Shown: piece after piece, positions 20,892 to 36,819 of the stretch | Layout: every line of letters starts with the position of its first letter | Numbering within the stretch: position 1 is the stretch's first letter | Assembly (NCBI RefSeq): GCF_009914755.1 | Contig: NC_060928.1 | Length of the DNA: 64,000 nt | Reading direction: 5' to 3' (one strand) | DNA from: the human T2T-CHM13v2.0 reference genome, Homo sapiens | Translations under genes and position numbers: made by a program | Notes under the pieces: model-generated | What the model saw: the letters and a program-made list of their open reading frames with translations, nothing else | Told to the model about the DNA's origin: nothing | Databases searched by the model: none

Positions 20892-21982
20892 CCATGAAAG
20901 AGTTTATGAACTCCATGTAAATGATCCATAACATATAATTATCCAAATGATCTTTCTGGGCTGAAAGCTATCCTTAAGATACAAAGATCTTTCTCTATTC
21001 CGATACAAGAAATACTTCCATAATATGTCTGGATTCCTCTCAACACAACCCAGAGAAGCTCATACCTCTGACAGATATCCCAAGGCCTAATACCATAGGC
21101 TGAAAATAGATTTTCCCAGACAGAACATAATCTGTCTCCTAAAATTTAATGACCTAGGAAGTTCAAAAGAATATCAAGAGTTCTGTCAGAAGAAATGAAG
21201 GAAAAGAATTAAAGCAAGGTTGTAGTCCATGGAGAGTCAAAGACCTTTTTAGAATGGCAAATGACAGGTAGCTTTTAAACATTCACTTTGGGGTATTAAG
21301 TAATGTGCCATGACCTTTACAATTGAAGTGCAAAACCAATTTCTAAAACCAAAAGTTTAAATCACATTTTCAAATAACATAAAATACTGTCCCACAAATA
21401 TTAAAACTACAGTATAAAAGTGAGTTTGTAAACGGAGAAGTTTAAGTCACATTCTAAAATATATTTCATAGCTACAATTGAAAATTTTCCACAAAGATAA
21501 TATGAACATTAGAAATAAACTTAGAAACTGTCATTCAATATTAAAAAGCATATATAATTTAAATCATGCTTTATCATTCCTTATAAGAAATTTATCAAGA
21601 AAAAATATGGAAAAAATATCTTAAAATATTAAAAAATAAAACACTGGGTGTTGCTTGATTTGTATTAATATATAACACTATAATTCTACTCAGAAATCTT
21701 TGGTGTCTATAGCTCAGAGGAGAAAATTAAAACTGCATATTTTGATACTCTTTGTGATCTAATACTATCTACATATCTAATATCATTCTATTCATTTTAT
21801 ATTTTAGTAATACTAACAATAAGCTTGACAAGGATATTCTATTCTCCAGTGCCTCTTTGACTTTGCATATACTGTTTCCTTTGCCTAGAAAAAGCCCCAT
21901 TGGCTTGTCTAAGTAAAAAACTCCCATTACTCTTTTATATTTCATATAAAATACTTTCTGAAGTCTTACTCCCTTTGTCTAA

Positions 21983-22287
<305 letters not shown>

Positions 22288-22929
22288 CAGAAATTCTTAA
22301 AGTGCTGGGATTACAGGTATGAGCCACTGCACCCAGCCCAGAAATTCTTTATCATATTGGTACCTTTCACCTATTAACAAATAATAATTATTTTATTATA
22401 ATTAAAATGTTTATATATAGTTTCTCCTTACTAGATTGCTATATAGTTGAGAATAGAGATTTTTCATTTTGGACTCAGAGCCTATACCATACTAGGATCA
22501 TATTTATAAACTAGAAATAAATGAATATAGCCATGAAACAAAGGTAACAGTAACAATAACATATATAACATATCTAATATATAATAACTATAACATACAG
22601 TCCCACTGTATATCAAGTACTGTAATACATGCTTTTTTCAGTATAGATTTGTACTACATTTATAGCAGTTTTTATCCTTGTATCTGAGCTATCAAGTGAT
22701 CAAAGTGCAATTTATACTATTTTCTCTTGATCCAATGAATCTACCTTTTCCTTATAACTGTAGCTTTGAATTTTTCTTTTTATTCGTAAGTAGTGGAACT
22801 CTTTTTCTAACATATATAATATATAAAGCATAGGAAGGGTAGCCCTTCTGAAAAAAGCAGATAACGGAGGACTAGACACATATACTCAGCACCCCTCTGC
22901 GAGTAGCTTGTAGGGACCAATATAGAGAC

Positions 22930-23271
22930 TAATGCCCTAAAAAATTTGTTTCCATCTCTACTTACTGTCAATCCATATGTTGAAATAGTAACCCCTAGTG
23001 TGATAGTATTAGAAAGTTGGCATTTGTAGGTCCTGAGGTAGAGCCCTCGTGAATGGAATTAGGCCCTTATAAAAGAGAGCTCCTTTGCCCTTCTGCCATG
23101 TGAGGACACAGCAAGAAGACAGCTGTCTGTGAATCAGGAAGAAGACCCTCACAAAACACTAAATTTTATCTAGGATTTTCCAGTGTTCAGAGCTATGAGA
23201 AATAAATTTTTGTTGTTTATAAACCACCCAGTCTCTGTTAGTTTGTTAAAGCAGCCAAAACCAACTCAGAC
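22930..23271 (+). mobile_element. MaLR solo LTR (MLT1A-like)
   Basis: Motifs gcccttataaaagag, ccatgtgaggacacagcaagaag, gagaaataaatttttgttgtttataa; ends in aca. Confidence 0.8.
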
Positions 23272-23279
23272 ATAGAGAG

Positions 23280-23880
23280 AATGGTAGTCTGAAAACCCAA
23301 CTTGGGGCAGGATGAACATTTCCAAGAAGAATAATCCACTATATTAAATGCTGCTGCTAGGTTAAGTAAAATAAGGAGATTCGACACAGGATCTACCACA
23401 GGATTGGGCAAAAGATTTATGAAAGTCATTGATGAGCCATTTCTGTGGAGTAGTTGGGGAGAAAGCCTTACAAGTGTCAAATTAAAAGAGAATAAGAAAA
23501 GAGAAAATGGAAACGATGAATGTATGCTAGTACTTTGAGTAGCTTTTTAAAGAAGAAAATATAGAAACAGGGGTTTAATTGAAGGAAAAATGAGGCTGAG
23601 AGATATTTTTAGATGAGACGATAGGCAAAATGGTTGTATGTTTACCTGAATGATTTGGCAGAGAGGGAAAAATGAAGTAAAGGGAGAAATTGCTGGTACA
23701 ACATCATTGAGCAGATGAAGCAAATGAGATCTAGCAGGTAATTAAAGGTATTAGGCTTAAGTAGGAGGCAAGACAGTTCAGCATCAGGAGGAGAAGTGGA
23801 GTAAATATGTAGAAATGTTGTTGGGGAAAGTGATGTGCTGATAGGACCATGTGGAAATGATAAGTAAAATGTCTGAAGGC
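23280..23880 (-). mobile_element. LINE-2 fragment
   Basis: Minus-strand peptide LLILLNLAAAFNIVD resembles the L2/CR1 RT motif LDLSAAFDTVDH; purine-rich plus strand typical of antisense L2. Confidence 0.75.
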
Positions 23881-23884
23881 ATTA

Positions 23885-24271
<387 letters not shown>

Positions 24272-27200
24272 TTACCTATGAGAGTATGAGAATAACTGCA
24301 CTAGAAAGAAATATTGACTGGTGGGCATCAATAAGGGCCTTCTGAATAGTAATTGGATGAATAATAAAGATGATAGTCCAAATTATAAGTGAAAGGAAGG
24401 AAAGAAAGATTGATGTGTCAAACCTAATACCAAAGTAAAAATATAAGGTAGCATAGAATCGAAGACAAAAATAAAAACCATATCCAAATCAAAAGAAAAT
24501 ATAAAGGCATTAAATAAATTAACTTAGGTATGAAGAAACACTAAGCCTAACAAAATGATTTTTAAAAGTAAAGACAATTTTTAATAGATTTTACCAAACA
24601 AGCATGCAAAACATGGTAAAATTTCTTAGATAAGTTGGTAACCATTACTATACAGCAAATGAGTGGTTATGTTGAAATTCAAATACAAGTACTTTGGTCT
24701 GACTTTCTACTCTCTTAAATGTATACTCTAAGCTAATGACATAAAGGGTATTCCAAGATTGATGTCTTTGATACACGGCAAAAACAAACATGAAAGTGCA
24801 ACTCATCTAAAGCTAATAATGTGAAAGGGACAAAAACACAACTAAAGCAATGTGGGAATGTTTTTTTAAAATATTACCACTTTTCATAATCAAATGGTTT
24901 TTTTGAAAAATAAAATCTAAAAAAATTCACTTGGCAAAGGAAACAACGTAAATAGACCAATAATTATTTAAGAAATATGAAAAGATATTAAAGTATTACC
25001 ACACTAAAAATAATTTCTAAAAAAATTACAGATATGTATTAAATGCCTTATAATATCCAAACCAATGAAGTAAAGGGAAATATGGCTGGCACCACTCTTT
25101 GAGCAGATGAAGTAAATGAGTTCTAGCATGTAATTAGAGGTATTAGGCTTAAATAGGAAGCAAGCCTTGTTTGCCAGTGATTCTAAGAATTTTTCCTTAA
25201 GAAATAATCAAAGGTAGGAACAAAGATCAGGTATAAAACTATCTTTATAAGGCTATTTATAATAATAGAAAAATTGAAAACTTTTTAAAGATCTCTTGCT
25301 ATACTCCCAATAAAATATCTTTCTGCCATTTAACATTATTTTTCTGAGAATATGCAATAGAGAAAATACTTTTTTCTATTTTTTGGTGAAAATATAATTA
25401 AATTACATATATGTTAATGCATTTTCTCATTTCTATAGTATAAAATTATTCTATCCCATAATTAAAAAAAAATACCTACTAATTCCTTCTTTAAAATTAC
25501 CCAGAATGAGGGTTTTAGACAAGTGGGTAATCTGCTAACAAAAGGATTTTCTAAATAAATTCCTTTATAATTTTTTCATTTGAGTAAAATTTTCTTTTCA
25601 TAAAAATATATCTTTGTTAATTTCTGTACTACTTGAATAGATATTTAAATGAAACTAATTGCACTACAGATTTTTCTCTTGTGCCTTTTCTAAATTTTCA
25701 TATTCATGGGATGTTTATCAATCTAAAATGTGATGTGAAGTCTGAATTCAAACTTCTAAGTGCACAATTTTCATCAAAAGAATTTCAAAGTAATAGAAAG
25801 TAAATGACTCAATTGAATTAATTAGTACTATCACATATGCATCAATTTCTAGTTTATAAAATCACAGCCAAATAAGTGTTTTTTTTAAATACAGTTGACT
25901 TTAACAAAAAGGTGTTAATCTATAGTAATAAACAATAAGAATCTCAATTTTTAAATTTAGAACTGAAAATAAGTAATAAACTAAACCTACAGTGTGATTC
26001 CAATTCTCAACATGTTCTGGATTTATACATGTTAATATTTTATCTCACTTATATTGTCCTACCCAATTCTGCTATTAAAAATTCACTCTGAAATTAATCT
26101 CTAATTGAGATTTTTCAAGCAATTATGTAACCTGCAAAAATTAAAAATTATACTCATAAAATGAATTGTTATTGAACTTCAATTAATTTCAGCAGAATTT
26201 TTGCTTTTTTAAGAGATATATTTAAATCTTTTCTAATATTTAAAGGATTTTATGACATTAAATTCATTGAAGTTTCTTCTATTTAGCTTTTTAAAATATT
26301 CTCACATAGTCACTGTATAATTTAAATTTCAGAAAATCAATATATTTGAAGCAAATAAAAAATCAGTATATTTGACTCGATCATTGTATTTGAAGCCTTA
26401 TCTAAACCTTAAAAAAACAGTTTTTTGGTCAAGAGACTGATTCAACAAGAGAATGTGAATGAATCAATAAAATTTACTGTTATTTTAAATGAATATACAC
26501 ATATTCTTTTCACTGAGAACTAAGTCAATGAGGAAAAATTTATGTCTAGATAAAAATTAGTGATTTATGAAAAGAAAATCCTGATTTTCCATTTTGCTAA
26601 TTTATTCAATAAACATTTATTAATATAGTATTAGGTGCCAGATTCTGTGGGTGGAACCTGAATCATATACAATTAAATAAATCATTGCCTTCATGAAGCT
26701 CATAATGTAATATTGAGAGTTCTCAGTTGAAATTATAAGTGAACTTTTATAGATTAATAAACCTTCTAAAATTGTATGCACATTTTTTATGAGTATACAC
26801 ACATTTTCTCCCTAGCTTTTATTAGATCTTCAAAAAGGTCAATGATAGTAATCCAATAAATATCAATAACTAAAAGGAGCAAAGACAAACAGCTTAGCTA
26901 GTAATTGAAATAAGATGGGCAAAGTAAGATATATTCCAAAAGCAACTCTGACCTTCCTCCACCCATCAAAAATGGAGAGAGAACTAAATCTACCTGGGGA
27001 ACTCCAGAGATAATTTACAAAAAAATGAAAATAGCAAGCAGACATTACAAATATAGGTGTACAATTTAAGAAGCCTCCAGATTTTTGCAAATATAATTGT
27101 ATGGACCACCAGCATTGGACAGTTGGGGATCCTTTGTGGACATAAGACATTAAAAATGTATAACTATCTCAATGGCAGATCATACAGCTAAGTAATTTTC

Positions 27201-27899
27201 AAGTATAACTGAATTGCAATTCTAAATCAATATCATGCATTTCTAGAATTATCTTTTCCTGTTAAAAAACGTAAAAAGTTTACAGCAAATATGTTCTCAA
27301 GAGTCACCAACTTAAACTTATTAAAGTCATGAGAGACTGTCAAATTAAAATAAAAGAACAAGTTAATAATAAAGAGACCTAGTAATTTATCAACCCATCA
27401 ACTTAAAAGTAACTTCTTTAAAGAAGGAAAATTATGAAAAAAGTATTTATTGAAAAAGGTTTTTAATTATTCAAGGAAATAAATTGGTGTTGAGAAGACA
27501 AAAACAAAATTACAGACTCAGTTCTCAACAGAAAAGCTACCTTGAAGTTCAGTAAATATAGGATGTAATAGTTTGAAATTTCAAGAATACCTTAACAAAC
27601 AACAATATAAAACCCATAAATGTTTTCTCTGACATGGGAAATAATTTTGCATAATAAACATCTATCATAAAGTATAAATATATAATATTAAATTTATAAA
27701 ATCTTAAGAAAGAAAAAGCAAGAATATCTTAAATACTAGAAAGACTAGTGGGAACATCCTTTACGAAGAATGCATCACAAAATGAAACAGGATACCATTA
27801 GATTGGCTGACATTTATTATTTGTGGATACCATTAAAATGAGTTTTTTAAAGGAGAGAAATTGCTCAACTAAAGATGTAATATGATTTAATATCATCAA

Positions 27900-28222
27900 A
27901 CTATGAACAACTAAAGTACCCAACTTATCAAGACCAATACCTTATTAATCAATACTTAAAGACCTTCCCTCACTATGCTCATCAATCTAAAGTAAACAAA
28001 CGTCATAAACTTTGCCCAGTCCTAATCAGTTCCCCACTTACAAGACTTGCCTTAAGTCACCTAGCATAGATCCTAAAACCATACAAATACCCACCCTTGA
28101 CTTCCACCTTCGAAAATAGTACTAATACTCTCAAGAGATTCTCCCTTTCTGAAGTAAGTCTAATAAAATTAGCTTTGCTTAACCAGCAGGCATTAGTCTT
28201 TGTCTTTTGGAGGAATCAACAG
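27900..28222 (+). mobile_element. Possible old ERV1 LTR remnant (MER31/MER67-like)
   Basis: LTR-like 3' end gtaagtctaataaaattagctttgctt...tcaaca; weak recalled similarity only. Confidence 0.35.
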
Positions 28223-28302
28223 CCAACAAGATAACAATTCTTTGATTACTCATTTTCATTTGTTTTATTTTCTCCTTTGATGGAATGCTGAAAAGTATTT
28301 AG

Positions 28303-28630
<328 letters not shown>

Positions 28631-30228
28631 TTAGATTGTGACATTTTAAGTAAGGAGAAAAACATGTATTTAATATAAATAAACTTGTCATTAGCCCCAA
28701 AAAGAACATTCATTTTGGTTTGCACTCAGAATTAACTCTTAAATTAATTGTTACAAATCACTATAAAATATTTTACTTTCAATAGTTAGTAGGGTAGGAA
28801 TGGGGAACCTATTTCATTCTAATTCTCTAAAGGGCAATAAAGGGCTATTGTGAACACAGTTTCTAAAATCTTTCAGGTTATGATCAGAAGGTCCATAGGT
28901 TAAAAGACACCTTTATTTATTATGAACTTAAATACAGCATCCATGTTCATTAAAAGAAAATAAAAGAGCAACACACAATTTTATTTGATCCACAGGGCTT
29001 TCTTGTGAGCTCTCTGATAAATAATTATTTCAATAAATACTAAGAGATTTCAATGTATGAATACAAACAAGTATGTAAGCAAGTGAACTTTAATATTTGT
29101 AGTAATATAAATAAATTATATATATGAATACTGCAAAGCATATTTAGAGATAGAAAAGTTGTTTAAATAATTCTTAAATTCTTAAATAATTCTTTTTAAA
29201 TGTCAGACCACATCTTCAAAAATCTCCTTAGTCAAAATATTTTCATTAATCAGCAATGTGAATAAAATATATGGAAAGGACTTTAATATATACATTTGTA
29301 GTACTTTCTGGAAATTAATTCTATTCTTGTGTCACTGTTAAGAAGGAAATATTGACAAACCTCATATGTTGCTGGGCCTGGAGTAATCTCTTTGGACTCT
29401 TCAAAGCGCTTTGATGCTTTCACAAATAAGGGTATGGGGCAAGATTTCCTTAAAACAGGATTGTATGCTGCAGGACCTGAGAGACAACAAATGTAAAAAT
29501 TATGATAAAGTATATTTTAAAATTATTGATTTTGGTCATATGAATATTAGGTTTGTGCTCTTAATGTATAAAATTAGCATGAAACAATCTTGAACCCATT
29601 GTTTTTGAATGCTTAAAATCATTTGGTTTATGTCTTTGAAATATAATAAGCATAAGATAGTGGCATCTGTTTACCTAATAATTAAATATATTACAGCAAT
29701 AATTTCCAAAAAGGAGAAAATAGTACTCCCTCAATATACTTTTATATCATGAATGAAGATGCTTAACTCTTATATCCTAAATATTCATTCACATGTTCAG
29801 TGAGGAGTTAGGGCTTGAGCTGCACTTGGAAATACAAATGGGATTTAAAGAAGCAGAAAGGTGCTTTAATAGCATTCTGGGCAGTAAACATTACGGAAAT
29901 CAAGACGCAAAGATGGAATGCACATGGAGCAATCAAATGTAGTAAACAGATGGTTTGCATGGAACAAGGCCTAATCCTAAATAAGGATTTTTGTACTTAA
30001 GCCAATGGGTTCCAACTTGTATTCTTCAATGCCCCCAAATTCTTACAGAAGTGACCAGAGGATAATTTGTAGGTAAAGCCCAAGTTGAAAAGGTTTGAAT
30101 TATTTTTATTCACAACATCTCTAAAAACTTTTGAGAACCACTTTCATAGACAATGGGTAGCTCTTAAAAGTTTTAGATTAAATAGTCATGAAAAGTGGTA
30201 GTTTAGAAAGTAAATTCTGGCAGATTCT

Positions 30229-30443
30229 TGATTCTCATGAAGAGTGTACAACCAAGATCCCTTGCATGTGCAGTTCAGGATAGCGTTCGAGCTCCTATGA
30301 GAATCTAATGTCAGGCTAATCTGACAGGAGGTGGAGCTCAGGCGGTAATACTCACTTGCCCTCTGCTCCCCTCCTGCTGGGCAGTCTGATTTCTAACAGG
30401 CCATTGACAGGTATAGGTCCTTGGCCCAGGGTACGGGACCTGT
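30229..30443 (+). mobile_element. MER1B (hAT-Charlie MITE), partial
   Basis: ctcctatgagaatctaatg...tctgacaggaggtggagctcaggcggtaat matches the MER1B right half. Confidence 0.85.
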
Positions 30444-30983
30444 GGTCTAGTGAATGGAACCTAGCTAGTATGACTTCACAGAGAGAAGATAGGGAGACGT
30501 AATTTTTTTTCTTCATTCATATTTTAAACAATACTATTGAGTGTCTATCACATGCCAAACCTTGTGTTTCAAGAGAATGTTAGAGGTCTACTATATCAAA
30601 TGTTTCAAGAGGAGAGAAGACTTAGGAAGGACACTGTAGAATATGTGGAATATAATTTCAGAAGAATGGTAGTGAATGAAATTAGATTGGGGGCATCAGA
30701 GAGGCAATGTATGGGGAGAGAAAATAAAACCTTTGGCCACAGAATATTGACAATAAATATAAACAGTGAAATAGAAGAGTAGATATAATGATATTAATAA
30801 AATACAAAATTAATTTATCTGTATTTCCCTAATAAGCATGCAATTCAATCTACCTACTTTGGCAAATACATTCTTGTTGATGCTTTAAAATCTAAAATAT
30901 TTTTAAATTAATAGGTTAGTATGAAACATTTTTAATGTTTTTAGCTTCATTAATATAGGACATTTCAAAATTTAAGACAAAGA

Positions 30984-31218
30984 AGGACATCTAGGCTCTA
31001 GCCCAATCATTCTAATATCAGCTCAATTAAGACATAGTATCTAAAGTTCCTTGTGGGAAGCTAATGTGTTTTGATACATCAAGTGAAAAGCTGGTATTTA
31101 AAATAAGGGAGGACATCCAGGCTCTAGCCCAGTCATTTTTAATATTAGTTCAATTAAGATATAGCTATCTAAAGTTCCTTGTGGGAAGCTAATGTGTTTT
31201 GATATACCAAGTGATAAG
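30984..31218. repeat. Two-copy direct duplication, period about 126 bp
   Basis: 30984-31090 and 31110-31218 align, including the identical core tatctaaagttccttgtgggaagctaatgtgttttgata. Confidence 0.95.
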
Positions 31219-32395
31219 GAAAGTGTTTTTGCAAATGCCATCTTACTATAAAACAATAGCATGCACAACTTTGGAATAATATAATTTATATTTATAGTGC
31301 AGAGGAATAATGCACATATACATACATAACATCTTTACTGACAGACATTCAAACACAAACTATGTAAGGGAAAATATATCATCGACCATAGTATTCAGAA
31401 TTAAAAAAACACAAACTATCACCAGAAGCTGGGTACATCATAATTCCATAGTCAGTTAATTGAAAATTGTAGTTTTAACCGTAAAGATATATAAAGGTTA
31501 ATGCAACAGGTAAGGCTATTATCCAAACACTATTGTAACTGTAATTTTCATTTTCAATTATGAAGAAATATAGTCTATTCTCTACCCTTACCATCAGGCT
31601 ACAGCAACTGATAAATATTTACATTCACAGCTATAACTCATTAAAAGAAAAGAAATTATTCAAATGTAATTGTAGATTTCTTTTTATTGGAATTCCTTTG
31701 AGGAACATTAAGTGAGGCAAAACTTCTCAATATGCATCTTGCTCCATTTTAGCACTTAGCCTGCTTTAAGCTACAGAATATTTTTTAAATAAAACAAAGC
31801 CTTATCATACTTAGTCTTGAAATACATTTTCAATTACATATGCTATTGCTTATATGATACAGGTCAAAGACTTACATTGCTTCATCAGCTCTCATTCATA
31901 GCTAGATTATGCAGAAACTATCTTCTTTTTAGATACCAAAATGTCACATTTTAATCACAGGTAATAAGGAAGAAAACTTCTCATTCCAAATCAAACACCT
32001 ATGAAAAGTCTGCCTGAATCATGGCTAGTGTATAATGGGAAATTCAAGAGTAGGTGATTCTTATAATTGCATATTTTCCAGCCCTGTGACAACTCAGTCT
32101 CTATGAAATGTCAACCAATGCTACAGGGCAAAAATGGAACATAACAGGAACAGTGAGTAATTTAAAATAAAAACCTATGTTTCTGTCCCTTCAATATGAA
32201 CATCTTGGTACATTAGAGTGGCCTCAGAAAAAAAAACTTCTATAAATAAAGCTACAAAATCTCAGATTTCATAAGTTGTTTGCTTTATAATGAGCTAAAA
32301 TTATAAATAATGTAATCATTCTTACTATGAATACTTTTTTCATATGAAGGTGACACAAATCTACTAAAAATTAAATATCCCATATATGAGCATAC

Positions 32396-33552
32396 TAAAA
32401 CCCTGGAAGAAAACCTAGGCAATACCATTCAGGACATAGGCATGGGCAAAGACTTCATGACTAAAACACCAAAAGCAATGGCAACAAAATCCAAAACTGA
32501 CAAATAGGACCTAATTAAACTAAAGAGCTTCTGCACAGCAAAAGTAACTATTATCAGAGTGAACAGGCAACCTACAGAATTGGAGAAAATTTTTGCAATC
32601 TACCCATCTGACAAAGGGCTAATATCCAGAATCTACAAAGAATTCAAACAAATGTACAAGAAAAAAATAACCCTGTCAAAAGGTTGGCGAAGGATATGAA
32701 CAGACACTTCTCAAAAGAAGACATTTATGTGGCCAACAAACATATGAAAAAAAGCTCATCATCACTGGTCATTAGATAAATGTAAATCAAAACCACAGTG
32801 AGGTACCATCTCCATCTCATGCCAGTTAGAATGGTGATCATTAAAAAAATCAGGAAACAACAGATGCTGGAGAGGATGTGGAGAAACAGGAATGCTTTTA
32901 CATTGTTGGTAGGAGTGTCAATTAGTTCAACCATTGTGGAAGACAGTGTGGCAATTCCTCAAGGATCTAGAACCAGAAATACCATTTGACCCAGCAATCC
33001 CATTACTGAGTATATACTCAAAGGACTATTAATCATTCTGCTATAAAGACACATGCACACGTATGTTTATTGCAGCACTGTTCACAATAGCAAAGACTTG
33101 GAACCAACCCAAATGCCCATCAATGATAGACTAGATAAAGAAAATGTGGCACATATACACCATGGAATACTATGCAGGTATAAAAAAAGGATGAGTTCAT
33201 GTCCTTTGCAGGGACATGGATGAAGCTGGAAACCATTATTCTCAGCAAACTAACACAGGAACAGAAAACCAAACACCACATGTTTTCACTCAGAAGTGGG
33301 AGATGAACAATGAGAACACATGGACACAGGGAGGGGAACATCACACACTGGAGGCTGTGGGGGTGGGGGGTGGAAGGCTAGGGGAGGGATAATAACATTA
33401 GGAGAAATACCTAATGTAGGTGATGGGTTGATGGGTGCAGCAAACCACCATGGCACGTGGTGCCTATGGCCACGTGCCATGGTGGTGCCTATGAAACAAA
33501 CCTGCACGTTCTGCACATGTATCCCAGATCTTAAAGTACAATTTTTAAAAAG
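32396..33552 (+). mobile_element. 5'-truncated L1PA (about L1PA7-8)
   Basis: ORF2 C-terminus and 3' UTR with aggagaaatacctaatgtaggtgatgggttgatgggtgcagcaaaccacc. Confidence 0.92.
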
Positions 33553-35561
33553 GGGTTAAAAATCAGTTAGGAAATTGTCCATTGAAATTTCATGGTTTTA
33601 AAATGTCATTTAGAAAGTTTATACATTTATGGAACACATTTTCTCATACTGATTTTATTCTTCAGCTTTACAAATGAAGTAATAGCAAAGAGAAAAGACT
33701 AGTACACAAAGAAGTATCATCATCAATGCCAGAGACACATTTAGGTTTAATGCTCTTCCACTACCTCTAAGACTAGATTTGATTAAATGGCACTTCAGAT
33801 GACCATAGAACTGCACAGTCTATTAAATTGAGCTATAGGTAAGAGAAAAAAGAGTCCCAATACTACACGAATTTTAAACAAAATGTCCATGTTTATTTTT
33901 GCCATCCCTTTAAATTATCTGTTCAAAAACCAAAAGGGTATTTCATATTTTAAGAAATAAGATTTTACATGTTCAAGGATATCTTAAAGTTATTACAGAG
34001 TATCTGGAAGTTATTGTGTACAAAGCCCCTAAGAAATGAACTATTTTAATGCACTCCAAACTAAGTAGACTGAGAAATTCATCTCCTGGCATCTACCTAA
34101 AGCATGCACCTGTTAAAACATGTGTTCCTAGCACTGATTAAGCTATAGGGCTGTCACTGTTATGACATATAAATACAAAGTCATATGGATTTGGCTTGAC
34201 TGAAATATCTCTTCAGACAGCAATGTCTGTTTATCTGTGTACCTCTAATACATACTTATCAAAATGTACATCCATAAGCCCTGTCAAGTGAAGTCTTTCA
34301 ACTGCTGCTATAAAAAAGATACTTCCACTCTGTGATAACGTAAATACATTGTAGATAAATTTGAATGACTTTCACCAGTCATAAATGTGGGTGTAATACA
34401 GTTTCTGTGTGAATTACAGGAACCAACTGGAAGGAAGGATAATCACCCTTCACCTAAAACCACTTTGAGTAGGCAGTACATAAATATGTAACACATGAAT
34501 TATTTGTAAGAATGAACAGAATTACCAAATAATAAAATATGAAGTTGTCTTCGAGGTAAACAGAATACTTCACAATTGTCCTGAAATATTAGTGGCAAAT
34601 TCTCATAATTAAATTTTGGTTTTATACTTCACAGTTCTTACATAAAGGTTTGGAGCCATATTACCAAGAAAATTATCAAGGCAAAAAAGTAGAATAAGTC
34701 TCAACATATATTTGAAGTTCCCTTAGATCACCATTCTCAGGGCTAAATTAGCACCACTCTATTTAGCAAGGCATTCCCTCTGTCAAGACTGATACTTATC
34801 TCTGGGAATATTACATGTACAAATCAGGATAATGCTAAAACATGTCACATCACAGATGAAGTCACATAAAATCCTTTAAATAAAATACCAACTTTATTTT
34901 AAAAATAATTAAAACACTTGATTTAAATAAACTAAATTCTTCACAAACATTAAAGAAAATCACTAATTTATACCATTTAAATTGTGACTATTTTCCATTT
35001 TCTCAACTTGTTAAAAATTGTAAGGTTTCTAAATATGTTTGGATTTGAATCTGCTGCTAACATCTTTACCTGTATAGGTCTGCTAGGAAAAAGCTAGAGT
35101 CAAAGAGTTTAGAGTTTCCAGAAAGAGGAGCCTACATTATTTATTTAGTGAGAAGCCAATTAAGCAAAGATTAATATTTCATTTACAACTTAAATGAACA
35201 AATTCTGTAGCCTAAAGCAAATATATGTTATAGATGAAATGAATGATACAATACTTTTCATGCTTTGATGTCATCAAAATTTTTTTACATTCATTGGATA
35301 TTAAAAAAGAACTATTAGATTAACCATTGAATATTTCAGTAACCTTTGTCCTCCTTTTTAGTGAACCAAAATCTATATATAGATTTAAATCTAAATAAGA
35401 ATGCTTTTCTTCACCCTTACAGTATTCTTTGGTCACTATGATCCTGTAATCATGTAATGTAAATATTCTTAACCTTGTTCCTATGTCCTACTAGAATAAG
35501 AGACAGCAGACTACTGTGAGAATTCAGCAGCATTCTTCCCTTTCAAAGCTTCTCATCAACT

Positions 35562-35794
35562 AAGGCTGAATATTCCTAATCCAAAAATCTGAAATCCAAA
35601 GTACTCCAAAATCTGAAACTTTTCAAGCATCAACGTGATGCTCAAAGAAAATACTCATTGATACATTTCAGATTTTGGATTTTCAGATTAGGGATGTTGA
35701 ACTGTTGAGTATAAGTAATGCAAATCTAAGATCCAAAAACTTTGAAATCTGAAACTCTTCTGGTCTCAATCATTTTGGATAAGACTACCACTGG
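35562..35794. mobile_element. Tigger4a/MER46-type TcMar MITE
   Basis: cctaatccaaaaatctgaaat ... atttcagattttggattttcagattaggga internal inverted repeat characteristic of this family. Confidence 0.82.
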
Positions 35795-36029
35795 TTAATT
35801 ACAACCAAGATAACTAACAGTGGAATTTTTTACATTAATAATGTCTACTTTCAAATAATTAAGGGATTCTTCATCTGGCTTTAGTACCTACAGCTCACAG
35901 GGTTTATTCACTACCCTTCTATAGCTTTAGAAATGTTACTCCACTGGTCTCTGGCTGAACTTGTTGTAGGGCATGACACATCAGACTAAAAAACAAAAAC
36001 AATCATATGCAGCATCATATATTTTATGT

Positions 36030-36180
36030 TGTTCATGGACCACAGACATCAGAATCATCCCAATTAGTGTAAAAATGAAGATTCCTTGGATTCATCCCAA
36101 AATAATAAATCATATTCTCTGAAAGTGGGACCAAGAAAACAATTTCAATAAAACCCATTGGTTTTGACCTCTAAACTACA
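36030..36180. mobile_element. MER5-like hAT MITE remnant
   Basis: catcagaatcatccc...aaaaatgaagattccttgg...tctctgaaagtgggacc resembles MER5. Confidence 0.5.
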
Positions 36181-36819
36181 ATTTAGTGTGTTGTTGTTCT
36201 TAAAAATATTTATACTTTAAATCAGTTTTCTCTCAAATAATCTTGGTAACCAGTGATCCAAACAAAGAATAAACCTTCCGAAATTCTGGATGAGACTATA
36301 ATTTTCTCTGAAATATATCTGAATCTTATGTGCCTGCCTACGGTAGAGCCTCTATAAATGCTTATTGAGCTGAACTGAACTGAATCAAGAAAGGAAGAAT
36401 CAATTTATAAGCTACCTAGAATCTACTTCTGTGACTTTAAGCATTTTAACCATTTTCTTGTCATTTTACTTTCTTTTTAGTAATTGTCCATGAAAAGAAA
36501 TAGATGGATTGAAGTCGCATTTCTATTTATAATATGCAAATAGCATTTAGATGATACATCACATAAATATTTGTAAACATGTTAGAGCAATTGTTACCTG
36601 GGAGGAAAGAGATTAACATGAGGCTGGCAGTATTAAGCTAGGAAAAAGACTTTCTTTTCAGTATACATCCTTCACTCAGTATGAATTCTGTTATGTGGAT
36701 GTCATACTATTTTAATCTTGGACCAAATTGGCAAACTTACTTCATGATAACTGAAGAGGCAATGCTTGCAAGTATATTTTCATCTCTATGTTATTTTAGC
36801 CTATTATTTCTAGAATAAA

